Shown here piece by piece: positions 25,001-38,384 of a stretch of DNA of 64,000 nt (its first letter is position 1; the number at the start of each line of letters is the position of its first letter). The translations under genes and the position numbers were made by a program. The notes beneath the pieces are model-generated. The model was not told the DNA's origin, did no database searches, and saw only the letters and a program-made list of their open reading frames with translations. The stretch comes from Camelus dromedarius. Lineage: Eukaryota. The DNA is taken from positions 76,820,001-76,884,000 of the forward strand of contig NC_087437.1 in the NCBI RefSeq assembly GCF_036321535.1, given 5' to 3'.

Positions 25001-25064
25001 TAGCCGGATAGGCAAGTTTTTTTTTTTTGAAAATGTGAGTTTTCATTTGTCTATCAAACTATCA

Positions 25065-25544
25065 AAGAATGAAATAATGCTATTTGCAGCAACATGGGTG
25101 GACTTAAAAAGATGATCACATTAAGTGAAGTAAGTCGGAAAGAGAAAGACAAATATCATATGATATTACTTATATGTAGAATCTAAAATAAGACACAAAT
25201 GAACTTATTTACAGAACAGAAAAAGACTCACAGACATAGAAAACAAATTTATGGTTACCAAAGGGGAAAAGGGATGGGGAATAGATAGATTAGGAGTTTG
25301 GAATTAGCAGATACAAGCTACTGTATATGAAATAGATAAACTACTATATATGAAATAGATAAGCAACAAGGTCCTACTATAGCACAGGGAACTATACTCA
25401 GTATCCTGTAATCAACCATAATGGAAAAGACTGTGAAAAAGAATATGTATACATATGTATAACTGAATCAATTTGCTGTTCACCAGAAACTAACACAGTA
25501 TTGTAAATCAACTATATGTCAGTAAAAAATAAAGTAAAATAAAA
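25065..25544 (+). mobile_element. 5'-truncated artiodactyl-type L1 (ORF2 end and 3'UTR)
   Basis: AATGAAATAATGCTATTTGCAGCAACATGG…AACAAGGTCCTAC…ATAGCACAGGGAACTATACTCAG…TTGTAAATCAAC plus an A-rich tail. Perfect 10-bp TSD CAAACTATCA at 25055-25064 and 25545-25554. Confidence 0.93.
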
Positions 25545-26245
25545 CAAACTATCATTTATTGTGCAAAGATTGGTGTGAGTTCCTGGTATAAGTACCAAAC
25601 TAAGTAAAACATGCATGCTGCCATCAAGGAATTCATAGTCAAGAAAGGAGCTAGTCTTGTGTTTATAAAATACAGCATGAGCTGATTCTGGAAGTAACAA
25701 GTGGCTGTTAAGGAAATATTCAAATATATGTGTGGCAGGCAGAATTCTAAGTTGGCCCTCAGTATCTTCAGTTACTAGTTCTAAGTAATTAATTGCATCA
25801 GTTATTTAATCAAACACTGATTTAGGAGCTGTTGTAAAGGTATTTTGCAGATATAATTAAGGGCCCAAATCTTTATGAAAGGAAATAGGAAATTTATCTG
25901 CACCTGACGTAATCAGATGAGCTCTTAAAAGGGCCTGGGCTCTCCCAAGAGGGAGAGATTCAAAGCTCTAGGAGGATTTGACACACCATTACTGACGTGA
26001 AGTTGGAGGAGGCTAAATGTCAAAGAATGTAGCTCCTGCTGACACATGGCAAGGACACGGGGGCACAGTCCTCCAACTGCAAGGAACTGAATTATGCCAA
26101 TAAGAAGAATGAACTTGGATGCAGATTTCCCCCCAGGGCCTCCAACTGCAGATTTAGACTGGTTTGATACCATGATTTTAGTCTTCTGATTTCAAGATGA
26201 GAATCCAGTTTTGCCATGCCCAATCTCTGACTTACAGAACTGTGG

Positions 26246-26903
26246 GTAAGGATGTGGAGAAAAGAGAACTCTTGCGCACTGCTAGTGGGAATGCAAATTG
26301 GTACAGTCACTATGGAAAACCATACAAAGAATCCTCAGAATCTTAAAAAAATAGAACTACCATATGATCCAGCAATTCCACTTCTGGGTGTATATCTGAA
26401 GGAAATGAAATCGCTGTCTCAAAGAGATATCTGCACCCCCATGTTTCAGCATTATTTGTAATAGCCAAGACATAGAAACAACCTAAGTGTCCATTGATGG
26501 ATGAATGAATAATGCAGTTCCATATACATATATATATATAAAAATATATAATGGAATATTATTCAGCCTTGAAAAAGAAAATCCTGCACTATGCAGCAAC
26601 ATGAATAAACCTTGAGTCATTGTGCTAAGTGAAACAAGTCAGAGAGAAAAAGACAAGTACATATGATCTTATTTATATTTGGAATCTAATGAAACCAAAC
26701 TTGTAAAAAAAAGAATAGATTGATGGTTCCCTACGTCAGAGAGTGTGGGTAAGTGGGGGAAATGGGTGGAGGTGGTCAAAGGGTATCAGTTATAAGACAA
26801 ATAAGTTCCTGGGATGGAATGTACCACATGGTAACTGTAGTTAACAATGCTGTATTTTACATTTGAAAGTTGCTAAAAAAAGTTGACCTTAAAAGTTATC
26901 AAA

Positions 26904-26953
<50 letters not shown>

Positions 26954-27126
26954 ACATTATAACTATATAAGATGATGGATGTGTTAAGTAATGTTATTGT
27001 GGTAATTCACAATATGTATATATATGAAGTCATCACACTGTATACCTTAAACTTATGCAATGTTACGTCAATTATATCTCAATGAAGCTTGAAAAAATTC
27101 CTGCAAAACTTAAAAAAAAAAAAAAA
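26246..27126 (+). mobile_element. 5'-truncated L1 (L1MA-type) 3' end with poly(A)
   Basis: ORF2 C-terminus (…IELPYDPAIPLLGVY…; ORF 26252..26461), then the 3'UTR and an A15 tail at 27112-27126. Confidence 0.93.
26904..26956. repeat. Compound (TC)n(CA)n microsatellite inside the L1 3'UTR
   Basis: Directly visible. Confidence 0.97.
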
Positions 27127-29189
27127 GAACTAATACAATATGCTGATTAGCAATTATCAGGTATTTCCAGACATCAATTGAGGAACTGCCAAGTCAGGCT
27201 TTGAGAGTAAAGATCCTCTCTTCTTTATCTCTGAGTTGTAGAATGGAAGTCAGAGTCACATAACAAAAGAAATGTATTCAATTTCTTACAAGAGTACAGT
27301 AAGATCTATCAGAGCCTCAAGTCCAGAGATGCACATACAAAACTATTGACAGCATACAATGCCTGGAGGCACTTAAATATCACACCCATCTCAGGTGGCC
27401 GCCAGAAAGAATAATACATATATTAATGAAATACGTAGCTGGTAGATTTTCAGATTAAACTTCTCTTGCTCTATGACTGTAAAGAAAGTAATTCTGATCA
27501 GACACTGTCTTATATAGCACTTTCATAGGACAAAAGAAGAAAGTATAAAACTCTAAATCCATAGAAAATTTGCCCTTGAACTATGATTTCTGTCTTTATT
27601 TCATACATTTATAGAACATGTCATGATTGCCTAGAAATGAATGCAGTATTAAGATCTTCCTATTCCTGACATAACTGACCTTCATATATAACTTTATCTG
27701 TTCTTTTAAACATTTTTTGGTTTAAATTTAAAAATACTAAAAATATTAATCCTGGCTCTTTCAAGAGGGAAATGTCAGAAAGAAACCAAAAGGATCCTTT
27801 TAACCTGCTTCTCCAAGATTCTTGTCTGATGGGAAATTGTGTTGCAAACCCTTTAGCTATGCTACTGTCATTCCAGTGAATTCAGTCTGAATCTGTGAGC
27901 ATAAAAGAGCTCATGTCAGATATACTTTCAAAGACCTCAGACCAAACATTTGTAATTATTTTCTATTCTCTGGGAAATTTTTTTCTTAGAAGGAAGTGAC
28001 AACCAAATGCCTGACTCAAAGAAGATCCCTACCCCCACCAAAAAATTCGTGTTTCCCTGTCCCAGTTATCCAAGTTGTAGAAGAAAGGGTCATTTTTAAA
28101 TTTCGAGTGATGTAGAAATACTTCTATTATGAGAAGAGAAACACTAACTATAATAAGGACTTTCATTAATCAAAACAGTAAAAATGGTTTTATTCCTTGT
28201 TACTTGGAAAAGCATGTATATTTCTATATAAGAATATATATGAATACATACATATGTAACATATATACACATGTATAAGATTTTTTGGTAGTATGAGAGG
28301 TTGCAAATGAGAGCTTCTGAAAAGTCTTTTTATCAATTTCTATTTTATTCAACTTTTTAGGGTGTATTAGAATATAATAATATACTACCCATTGTCAGGC
28401 CTGCATTTTGCATAATATTCTGCAACGTGAATTCTTTTGCCATGTTGGGCATAAGTTGTGAGTCACCAACTCCATTTACAAGGTGAGATTAAGCAAGTGT
28501 CTCTTACAAGCACACTACTCATAAGCAAGCATTCAGCATTCCTCTTCTCAGTTGTGTGCTTACCCCAAGATGAATTTCCATTCAGCTTGAAATGTTTTGC
28601 TGTTTCTCACTTTGCTCGTTAGCCTGTGGAGATTGGCAAGTTACCCTCCAGCCGGCACCATCTTCTATGCGTCGATTTAGGAGCAAGCACCCAATAAAGC
28701 ATAGCCAAAAGGAAATATATAAATCTGTTTTGAAATTCAATAAATTCATAAGGCACACTACTCACCAAGGCCTGTGGGAGCATATACATCGTAAAACACC
28801 ACTGTAAAACCATAAATATTTCAAGCAGTTAGTAACGGCTGAGAGCCCCCATCTGAAAGCCTGGGCAATGCACGATGCCCTAGTCAGAGATGTTGCAAAG
28901 TCTTAGGAGGAGCAGTTTGTTTTTCCAGGTAAATGCAAAAGCACAATCCCAGCTGCCATGTGGCACTCCTTTATTTCAGGTGGCAGTGGCACTGGAAATC
29001 ATCTCAAGCTTAGCTCCCAGTTCTGTGTGCTCTCTCCTTCTTTCCTTCTCTCACCCACTCTGTGGGTCCTGTTTTGCACCAGCTCAGATACAAGGAAGCA
29101 GTGACCTAGGCAGGTGTGGTAGGTGGACAAGGACACAGCAGGACTGACTTGAGCAGTTCTTGGGTTATTGTGTCTCCGCCCTCAGCTTT

Positions 29190-31530
29190 CAATCTAGAGC
29201 CACCACATTCAATCGCTTATTTTATTCTTGGATACTTTTGTGTTTTACTTCAGAAATATTTGCTCTTTGTTTTTCTTCCTTCTGCTTTATGTGGATATAG
29301 TTGGATTCTTTTTCCAATTTCTTAATTCATCTATTCCGTCTTTTTTAATACGAGCATTTTAGGTTTCAGCTCCTTTTTATGAGTATATAGTTTTTTTTTT
29401 TAGCATATCAAATCTTTTGTGTTACTGAAAAGATCCAGGCTTAGTTTATGATCAGTTTTGTAAATTTTGTCTATTTTCTCATCACTTATTTGGAAGTTAT
29501 ACACTTTCTTTTAGTATCTTTTTTTAGTATTGTTCTAGTATCATTTAGCCTATTAATATTCTTTTAGTGGTTATTATAGAAATTTTGATACACATTTAAA
29601 CAAGATCTACAATTAAGCACTATCATTACTATCTCCCTGAATAAAACAAAAATCCAAGAGTATTTTAACTTCATTTAATTCCTTGCAATTTACATGCTAT
29701 TTTGGTCAAATATTTCTTTGCTATTTTTTTCTTTGCCCCACAAATTATACGTTATTGTTTTATATTATTTATGTTTGTTAAGGTTTAACCAAATAAATAA
29801 TGTGATTTTTGTTCATTATTATTCATTCTTGAATCTTATATTTTCCTTTTGAAATCTTTTTCCTGAAGTACTTACTTTAAAAGTGTCTCTTAGTGAAGGT
29901 TTTTTGATGGTAAAGACTCTTTGCAATTTTGCATAATAATGTTATAAAAATAATACGTCCTCTCTTCACTCTGCACTTTAAAAGTTTTTGCTTATTGTTG
30001 ATATTAAAAAGTTAAGTAACTGTCAAATTGCATTTTCCTTTGGTTGCTTCTAAATCTTGACTTTGCTTTTGGTCTGCATTTTCACCCTATTGTCTGGTGG
30101 TGGTCTCTGTTTTTTTCTGCACAGGACACAGAAATCTTGAATCTGATCATTGATGTTTTTCATCAGTTTCAGAATTTTCTTAGCCATTATTTCTTCTAAT
30201 ATAACTACTCTGTCCTTAGATCTGTGTTGAATCTCCTAATCTGTTTCTCTGTTTCTTCACCTCATTTTTTCATATATTTCATTTTTATTTGTTTGTTTCT
30301 GTGCTATTTTCATGTTTAGATATTTTTTCCAGTGTTTTGGTGTCATGTTCACCTGTGTTTCAATATGTCATGAGACATATTTTTGTGACTATATTAGTAT
30401 TTCTATTTGGTAAATGGCTAGGGGTGGGATTATGGGGTCAGAGGTAAGGTAAATATTTAAGAGTATGAGAAACTGTCTCATAATTCTCTTTAGTGTTGAT
30501 ACTATTTTGCATTCCCATAGTAATTCTCTGAGCGTTTCAGTAGCTTTACCATCCTATGGTGCTTAGTATTGTGATTACTTTTTATTTTAGGTATGCTAGT
30601 AACAATATTTTATTTCATTGTGATTTTAATTTATGGGTCTTGTAACTGAATAACATTCAGTACCTTTTTTGTGTATATTACTATTTTTGTCTTATTTGGT
30701 AAGTGCCTATTGAAAACATTCACCTATTTTTATTGCATCATTTGTTTTTTCATCATTGTATTATTGGTGTTCTTTATATGTCCTGATATTACTATACTCT
30801 TACATATACATATTGTATATATTTTACCCAATATTTTTGTTTCTCTTTTCATTTCTTAACATTGTCTTTTGAAAAGAGAGTATTTTTTATTTTTATAAGG
30901 GCCAATTTATTAATGGTTAGTGCATTTTGTGTCCTTAGAAATCTTTCAATTTTATTTTTCTTTTATAATTTTGTTGTGGCTATTATATGTCTTTAGTATT
31001 TCTATCTACATTTTTAAACAATTTTGCTATTTTCTACCAAAAAAGTTGCTTGAATGGGCATGAAACCTACAAATCAATTATTGATGATTAATACATTAAT
31101 AATATTGAGTCTACTAATCCATAAACATTGAATATCTCGTTATTTATTTAACTATTCTCAGTGGTTATGCTGATAAATGTTTAGGACACACAGCTCTCAT
31201 GTGTAGCATTTGCCAATTTTCATGACATGAATTCTCCTATGATTCATTTCTAGTTACTGATGTGGTGTGACTGAGCATGAGGTTGGGAAGGGCAGTAAAG
31301 TAGGCTTTAGTATATACCATGAGGGTTTCACTGATCTAGTGGAGTGATCTACTTGTTTGTTAATTTATTTTGCTAATAATTCTGTGTTTTGAGGTTATCA
31401 TAAATGGTATATATAATCTAATTTCATTTTGCAAATGTTTGTCTCTAACATAATAGGAATATTATTTAATTTTACATTATTCTGTTTTCTGTTACTTTGC
31501 TTTATTCACTTATTAATTCTGGCAAGTTTT
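29190..31530 (-). mobile_element. Highly decayed old L1 fragments (L1M/L1ME-like)
   Basis: Strongly T-rich, with antisense L1 motifs: TAGCCATTATTTCTTCTAATAT, AATATTGAGTCTACTAATCCATAAACA, GTCTTTTGAAAAGAGAG. Confidence 0.65.
31159..31321. mobile_element. MER63A-like hAT-Blackjack MITE
   Basis: CAGTGGTTATGCTGATAAATGTTTA…GTAGCATTTGCCAATTTTC…GTTGGGAAG matches the recalled MER63A consensus. Confidence 0.7.
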
Positions 31531-31859
31531 TCTATAGTAAGAATTCTTCAGGTATAACAGGAATTACATAATTAGTCAAGACATCTTTATATCTTTTATA
31601 TCATGTTCAGCTTTATGCTTTTGATTTTTCTTGCCAAAATTAATCCTTACACACAGAATTCACAGTTTTTATCTATCCAAGAGTAAGTCCAATAAAAGCT
31701 ACCTTCATTGTTTAAATTAAATTTTTATCTTTTTTTGGAGGGGGTGAAATACAGGTAGTATAATTTCTAACCTCAAACATATAAATGAAAATTTATTATT
31801 AGAAGTTGCCAAAGAACACATGTACTTCTTTAATACTTCCATTATTTTTAGTAATACTT

Positions 31860-33250
31860 TCATTATATTGTACACTCATCATAACTGTCTAATTTTGGAA
31901 TATTTCCATCACCCCAAAAAGAAACTCTGTTCATATTAGCAGTTAGTCTCAATTCTTGCCTCCTCTCATCCCCTGGCAACCACTAACCAACTTTATATGT
32001 CTATTGATTTGCCTATTCATTTCACATAAATGGAATCATAAAATATGTGGCCATTTGTCTCTGCCTTCCTTAACTTAGAGTAATGTTTTTAAGGTTCATC
32101 TGTGTTGTAGCACAGAACAGTACTTCATTCCTTCTTATAACTAACTAGCATTCTATTGTATGGAAGTACATGTGTTTTTCCATTCATCAGTTTATGGACC
32201 TTTGAGTATTCCCACTTTTGGGATATTATGAATAATGCTGCTGTGAACATGCACGTACAACTTTCTTGAACATGTTTGCAATTCTCTTGGGTATAAAACT
32301 AGGCTTGGAATTGCTGGGCCATGTGGTAATTTTACATTCAACATTTTGAGGAATTGCCAAACTATTTACCACAATAGCTGCACCATTATACATTCCGACC
32401 AGCAGTGTAAGAGAGTTCCAGTTTCTCTACATTGTCACTGCTATTTGTTATTTTCTGTTTTGTTTTTTTCTTAATAACCATCTTAGTGGGTGTGAAGTTG
32501 TATCTCATTGTGGTTTTGATTTGTTTTTCCATAGTTAATAATAATGTTGAGTGTCCTTTCATGTGCTTGTTAGTCATTTGCAGTTTATCTTCTTTGGAGA
32601 AATGTCTATTTAAGTCCTTTGCTCAATTTTTAGTTATCTGTCTTTTTGTTATGAGTTGTAAGCTTCCTTTATATATTTTAGTTATTAAACCCTTATCAGA
32701 TAAATAGTTTGCAAATACTTTCTTCCATATTTTTTTTTTTTGCGCTTCCTTGGTCGTGCTCTTTGAAACACAAAAATTTCAGTTTAGATGAAGTTTAATT
32801 TTTCTTCTGTTGTTTTACTTTTGGTGTTATATCTAAAAGACTGCTGCCTAAATCCAAGCTAATGCAGGTTTTCACCCATGTTTCCTTCTAAGAGTTTATA
32901 GTTTTAACATTTACATCCAGTCCTTGATCCATTTTGAGTTAATTTTTACACATGATCTGAGGTAAGGCTCCAAATTTATCCTTTAGCGTGTGGATAGCCA
33001 CTGGTCCCAGCACTGTTTGTTGAAAAGACTGTTCATCCCCCATTGAATGGTCTTGGCATCCTTCTGGCAAATAAACTGAACTTAAATGTATGAATTTATT
33101 TCTGGACCCTCAATTCCAGTCCTTGTGCCATTGTTCTGTATGTCAGTCTTAGTGTCATCACCACCTTGTTTTGATTACTGTAGTTTTGTACTAAGTTTTG
33201 AAATTGGAAATGTTAAGTCCTCCAACTTTGTGTTTTTCAAGATGGTTTCA
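31860..33250 (-). mobile_element. L1MB-type 3' end and ORF2 C-terminus (antisense)
   Basis: TTCCATCACCCCAAAAAGAAACTC and CCCCTGGCAACCACTAA motifs. ORF 32386..32577 (KHMKGHSTLL…QIKTTMRYNFTP) is the L1 ORF2 C-terminal region. Confidence 0.92.
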
Positions 33251-33529
33251 GATAGTCTGTATCAGAGGAGACATATGCTTTTAAAAATTCTGTTTTTCTG
33301 GAACTGAGACCAAGGCTGAAAAATAATGCCACTAACTTTCTGCTGGTTGTGTTTTTGTCCTGGCTAACTCACCAGGGAGTGCCCTTCTGTGCCATATGTC
33401 TGACCCCCGTGAGGCCCAAGACTTTTGCCTCCTCCCTGTCATATTGCCTTTTAAAGCCCAGGACCTGTATGTATGAAAACTCAATAGCACACTTCATGCT
33501 TCATGGTGAAAGACGAAGTGGTTCCCCAC

Positions 33530-33966
33530 TGCATTCATTTCCTAAGGCTGCTGTAACATGTTACAATAAATGTGGTGGATCACAACAGCAGAAATTTATT
33601 CTTTCTTAGCTTTGAAAGTCAAAGCCTGTAATCAACATATGAGCAAAGTCATGCTTCCTCTGAAGGTTCTTGGAGGAAACCTTTCTTGCCTTTTTCAGCT
33701 TCTTGTAGCTCTTGACATTCTTGGGTTGTGGCATCATAACTCCTGTTTCTGCCTCTGTCTTCACATGCTTGCTTCCTTGTGTGTCTCTCTGTGTGTCATT
33801 TTCTGCTTCCAATAAGGATGCTATCATCAGATTCAGAGCTCACTTTATTCACTATATTTCACCTCAATTCTTATTACAAATGCAAAGATCCTGTTTCTAA
33901 ATAATGTCATAATCTGAGATCCCTGGCGGATATGAATTTTGAAAGGACACTGTTTAACCCACTACA
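33530..33966 (-). mobile_element. MaLR solo LTR (MLT1C-like)
   Basis: TTTCCTAAGGCTGCTGTAACA…CAGAAATTTATTCT…TCTGCCTCTGTCTTCACATG…GGACACTGTTTAACCCACTACA. Confidence 0.88.
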
Positions 33967-33979
33967 CACCCTAAAAAAA

Positions 33980-34400
33980 ACAAGAACAAGGCAAGATAAA
34001 TGTTCATTATACTAGGGGTCCTAGCTAGTACAATAAGACATACTAATTAGAAAGGAAAAATAAAATTGCTTTTATTATGAATTGATCATGTATATGAAAA
34101 ACATAAAGAATTCATAAAAAGAAAATAGAGTGAGTAAGTGTTTAGGAGAATTACACAATATAAATCAGTACTTTCAAAAATATGTTTCTGTAGTATAGCG
34201 ATGAACAATTGGAAATTGGAATTAAAATTAACATTTACAGTATTATAAAAACATGATAAAAATTAACATTAAATTTATCAAGCATATTAGGTTCATGTAG
34301 TGAAAATTATGTTTCTTATACTTAGGACTAAACATTGAGTTTATGCAAAATATTCAGCATTCAGAGTTTGGTAAATGTTGTTAATACCAATCTCAACACA
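33980..34400 (+). mobile_element. Decayed L1 ORF2 (RT region) fragment
   Basis: GAACAAGGCAAGA…TCCTAGCTAGTACAATAAGACA…GCGATGAACAATTGGAAATTG, parallel to 7688-7990. Confidence 0.65.
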
Positions 34401-34659
34401 TTTATTAAATATTTTAGTATGTTTGCTTTAGTCTTTTTTTTTTTCCTTAGGTTACTTTTTTTTCAATCTCTGTTGATTTCCAGTAACTACTAATGCATTA
34501 ACAGAATCAGGTGGCATTATTATTTTCCACTAAAATAATACCTTGCCTAGTTCTAAATGTGAACTGAGTGTGAATGTGAACAGGGCATAAATAAATATAT
34601 TAAAATACTGTGTAGAAAAAGAAACATAGTATGATTTTCATTAAAAATGTGTCACTTAA

Positions 34660-34912
34660 ATTTTTTTCCATCTGTATTGAGGTATAATTGACAAATAAGA
34701 TATTTAAATGGTGTAATGTGATGATTTGATATGTGTATGCATTGTGAAAGGATTCCCTTCCATCAAATTAACACAACCATCACTTCCTTCCTACCTTCCT
34801 TCTTCTTTTCTTTTTTCTTTCCTTTCCTTTTCTTTTCTTTTCTTTTTCCTTTTCCTTTCTTTCTTTCCTTCCCTTTCTTTTCCTTTCCTTCCCTTCTTTC
34901 TTTCTTTCTTTT

Positions 34913-34948
<36 letters not shown>

Positions 34949-35140
34949 GAATATTGAAGTCCTACTCTCTTAGCAAATTTCAGTTATTCAGTAATATTAT
35001 CAACTGTTGTCACCATGTTATACATTAGATGCTTGGACCTTATTCATCTTATAACTCAAATTATGAACCCTTTCACCAACCTTTTCTACTTCCCTCACCT
35101 CTTAGCCTTGCGCACTTTTTTACTCTCTGTTTATATAAAT
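34660..35140 (-). mobile_element. L1MA-type 3'UTR (antisense) containing an expanded (TTTC)n tract
   Basis: GTATTGAGGTATAATTGACAAATAA…CTACTCTCTTAGCAAATTTCA…GTCACCATGTTATACATTAGAT. Confidence 0.85.
34783..34948. repeat. Polypyrimidine (CTTC/CTTTT/TTTC)n tract
   Basis: Directly visible. Confidence 0.97.
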
Positions 35141-38100
35141 TCAAAAATGTTTACATTTTTATAGTTAGAAATGCTATTTTTGATTGTATACTATCAAAGA
35201 AAGAACATAATTCTCAGAAATTCATGAATTAAATATGTAGTTATTGCCTCCTATATCCTAAGCACTGAGCTAGAACCTGAGCATTCAAAGGTAAACTGAA
35301 GGAGGTTATAGGTGAAAAATTCAGTATATAAAAATAATGTCATTAAGTTTTATTTTAATGAGAATATACGTAAAATAGAAAAACTGTGATGGGAGAAGCT
35401 GAAAAAAGAGGTGAAAAATATAGTTCTTCCTAAGCAAGGTTGCAAACAAAAGTATTCACTTTAGTCCTCTGTTTTATTCCATAAGTTTGGTAACAAGTAA
35501 GTTAAAATGAAATTCTCTTTACAAATAAGTAGCTAGCATCTTACCTTGAAATAAAGTGGATCTTGGAGAAAAGAAAAAGAAAACAGATCCAAAGCATCTA
35601 TTAAAATGCCAAGAAAAACTGGAGAAACAATTCAGAGAAATGCTTTCCTATTAACTGAGAATTTTCACATTACTGGACTTCTCTTGAAGCATATGGATAA
35701 GCTTGCCCATTTTAGTGCTACCCCATCTCAGCAATGTCAGTCTGGCTTCCAAAATTTAGGATGAGAACAGAAAAGACAGTTCCTGAGCCTGAGCTATAAC
35801 TTCCTACAATTCCTCCGGAAGCCAACTGCCTCATAAAATATTCTTAAGATGACAGGTTGTTTGTTATGACACTTTTATGAGCTTTAGTGTATCAGGTTAC
35901 AGGTACACAGGCCATTTGGATGACCTGCTCTGTCAGTCATAGATTTTAATTGCTCCCTGTACTTAAACTGAATTCCTCTTTGAATTGGTTAAGAAAATCT
36001 TTTTTTTTTTTTTTTTTCCTTTTTGCTGTTTTACATAGTCATAGATAAATGGCTAGTTGGTGAATCTTTGACTGAATTGATTCTAGGCTTCATCTTAATG
36101 TCCTGAAGTGTGATAAGCAGGAACAATTGTAGCACTTAAAATATTGCAGAACCACTTCTCTAAATGTGTCATTCGTTTAGTTGGAATCTAGAAATTAGAC
36201 GTAATTTTGATAAAATGCTCAAATTACAATAATAGATTTTATTTTTTATTAGTCACCTAATAAGAGTACCCAGTTGTTTCCAGTTCTCACCATTAGCTAC
36301 TTATTACAGAAGTTGGTAACGTGACAAAATTTGGATTCTTGACTCCTTTCATCAGTTTTCAGTTTTGATAAATCTCTCCCATCTTGGTTCTTTTTCAACC
36401 AGATTGTTAACAGCATTTTAGGCTTTCTATGGAACATTTTGCACATCTGTAAATTGTTCCATACTTTGCGTGATGTCAGATGTACAAATGTGTGAAGCAT
36501 GTAAATATTTTTTGTAAATCATTTTCAGGAGGCAATGCAAGCTGAGTTGTATTTCCACTGAGGTTGATGGGATTAAAGCTGAAATACACATTTAAAAATC
36601 TGCATCCTTGTTAGCTGATGCATACATTTAGTGCATGGCAAATTGAAGGTGGAGCAGCATTCACAACGAAAGGTCAAAAAGGAGTGTTGTTTGATCAGTC
36701 CCTTTTACTGCAGACCTGATCCTAAGGAAACACAGCTCCTCACCCAGCACCAGGGCAGGCTGAGAGCTGAGTACATGTGAAAATGGGAACTCCGCCCAAC
36801 TCCTCAGACTCCTTGATTTCAGGAAACAGTTACTGCCCTGAAACTGGCTCATGTGGGCTAGCAAGCTGTCTTTTCCTGCTTGTCAGTGACTGCTGTGGAC
36901 CCTTATTTCTAATATTCACTTCTGTATGTGTCGTGAAACAGAATATTGGGATGCACACAAGAAGAAGTAAGGAGAGCACAGGAAGACATTCTGTTTAGTC
37001 AGAGCTTGTTTGGCCTTATTCTCATCTCCAAATGGTGTCAGACAGAACTAATATTTAAGGTTTAGAAAGTGAACTGGTTGGATTATCCGTCCGGGACACC
37101 ATTACTTTTTCCCCACCATGGGCATAATAGATGTGCCTAAGCAGATTCTCAGTCACCTCTGGAAAATCCTTACTAGCAGGAATTCCATACCCTCTTCCCC
37201 AAAGTTAGTTAGACATAGATGGGGATATTAAATTGTTGGCACAAGACACATTATTTACACAAATTATATAACTTTAGAAATGATACAAAACATGACTGAG
37301 GACTGAAGGCAACCACAGGCACCTTGTTATCTGTCTCCCAATAATAATACAGAAATATACAAGAAGAGAAAATTCAAGCTACACAAAAATCATCCCCTTT
37401 GAATAGCCTGAGGTCAGAGAATGCTGAAACTTCAAAGTAAGCATGAATAAAAAGGAAAAAAAAATCACCAAATCCTGGTCTGTGACCTTTCACATTTCTG
37501 ACGTATTCCTGTCCTGCTTCTAGGTGTTTTGATGAGCAAAGGTAAACCATGGAAAACTGCAGGAATAACAGAAAAAGGAAACGAGAGAAGGGACCCAAAG
37601 TTGATCTAAAATTATTGTATGAACGACTAGCGCACTCTAAGCCTGTGATTACTGAGAAGACTTCTGGGCAGTTATGAGCATGAACTGTATAGGGAAGGGG
37701 CCACAAAATATTCATGAATTAACAGAGTATCTTTGAAAGCTGAAAGGTACAGCTTCTGGGGGAGAAAAAGTAAACCAAAAAGGGAGAAATACTTTTTAGC
37801 GATTGGGTGGAGAAGGGAGAAAAAGCAGAAGATGGAAATGCAGGGATCTGTGGAAAAAAAGAGAACTTGCCAGCCCTTTCCCCACCACCAAACAAACAAA
37901 AATCTGCTAAAATATCTAGATGTTGCTGAAATAGGAAACTTAAAAAAAAATAACTGGGTACCATAGGAAAGTAAATAAATCCATATAGAGCCCCTGGTTC
38001 TCATGGGAGAGTGTGGTTGGCTTGTTTGAGTAATTCCTCCGCCTGGCAGGGAGCTGCACCGGCTCCTTTGGTGAGGAGATCACTTGGTTAGAGCGGAGGG

Positions 38101-38384
38101 TGAGGAGGGAAACTTTTTCTTAGGCTCTTTGAGTCATCCTGACTTCACCACAGGTCAAGGCAATGCATAATATTGGGCCTTACTTTTAGGTTGTCCACCA
38201 CGCATACCCACATCAGAGAGAGGTGGGAAGACATGAACTAACCTAGAAAACTTTGGAAAAGAGCATTTTGACTCTTATACTCTAAGACTAAAAGAAACTA
38301 TTTCAGTGCTGCACTTGAGGAACTAATTTTTTTCTTTGTAAGGGTTCGGGTTATCAATTCTGAAAATATTTTGTGTATAGTAGG

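Larger units (their letters stand above)
25731..27137 (+). mobile_element. MaLR solo LTR (MLT1E-like), split by an L1 insertion
   Basis: Starts TGTGGCAGGCAGAATTCTAAG and runs to ACAGAACTGTG (~26244). The terminus AACTAATACA is at 27128-27137. Perfect TSD ATATG at 25726-25730 and 27138-27142. Confidence 0.88.
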
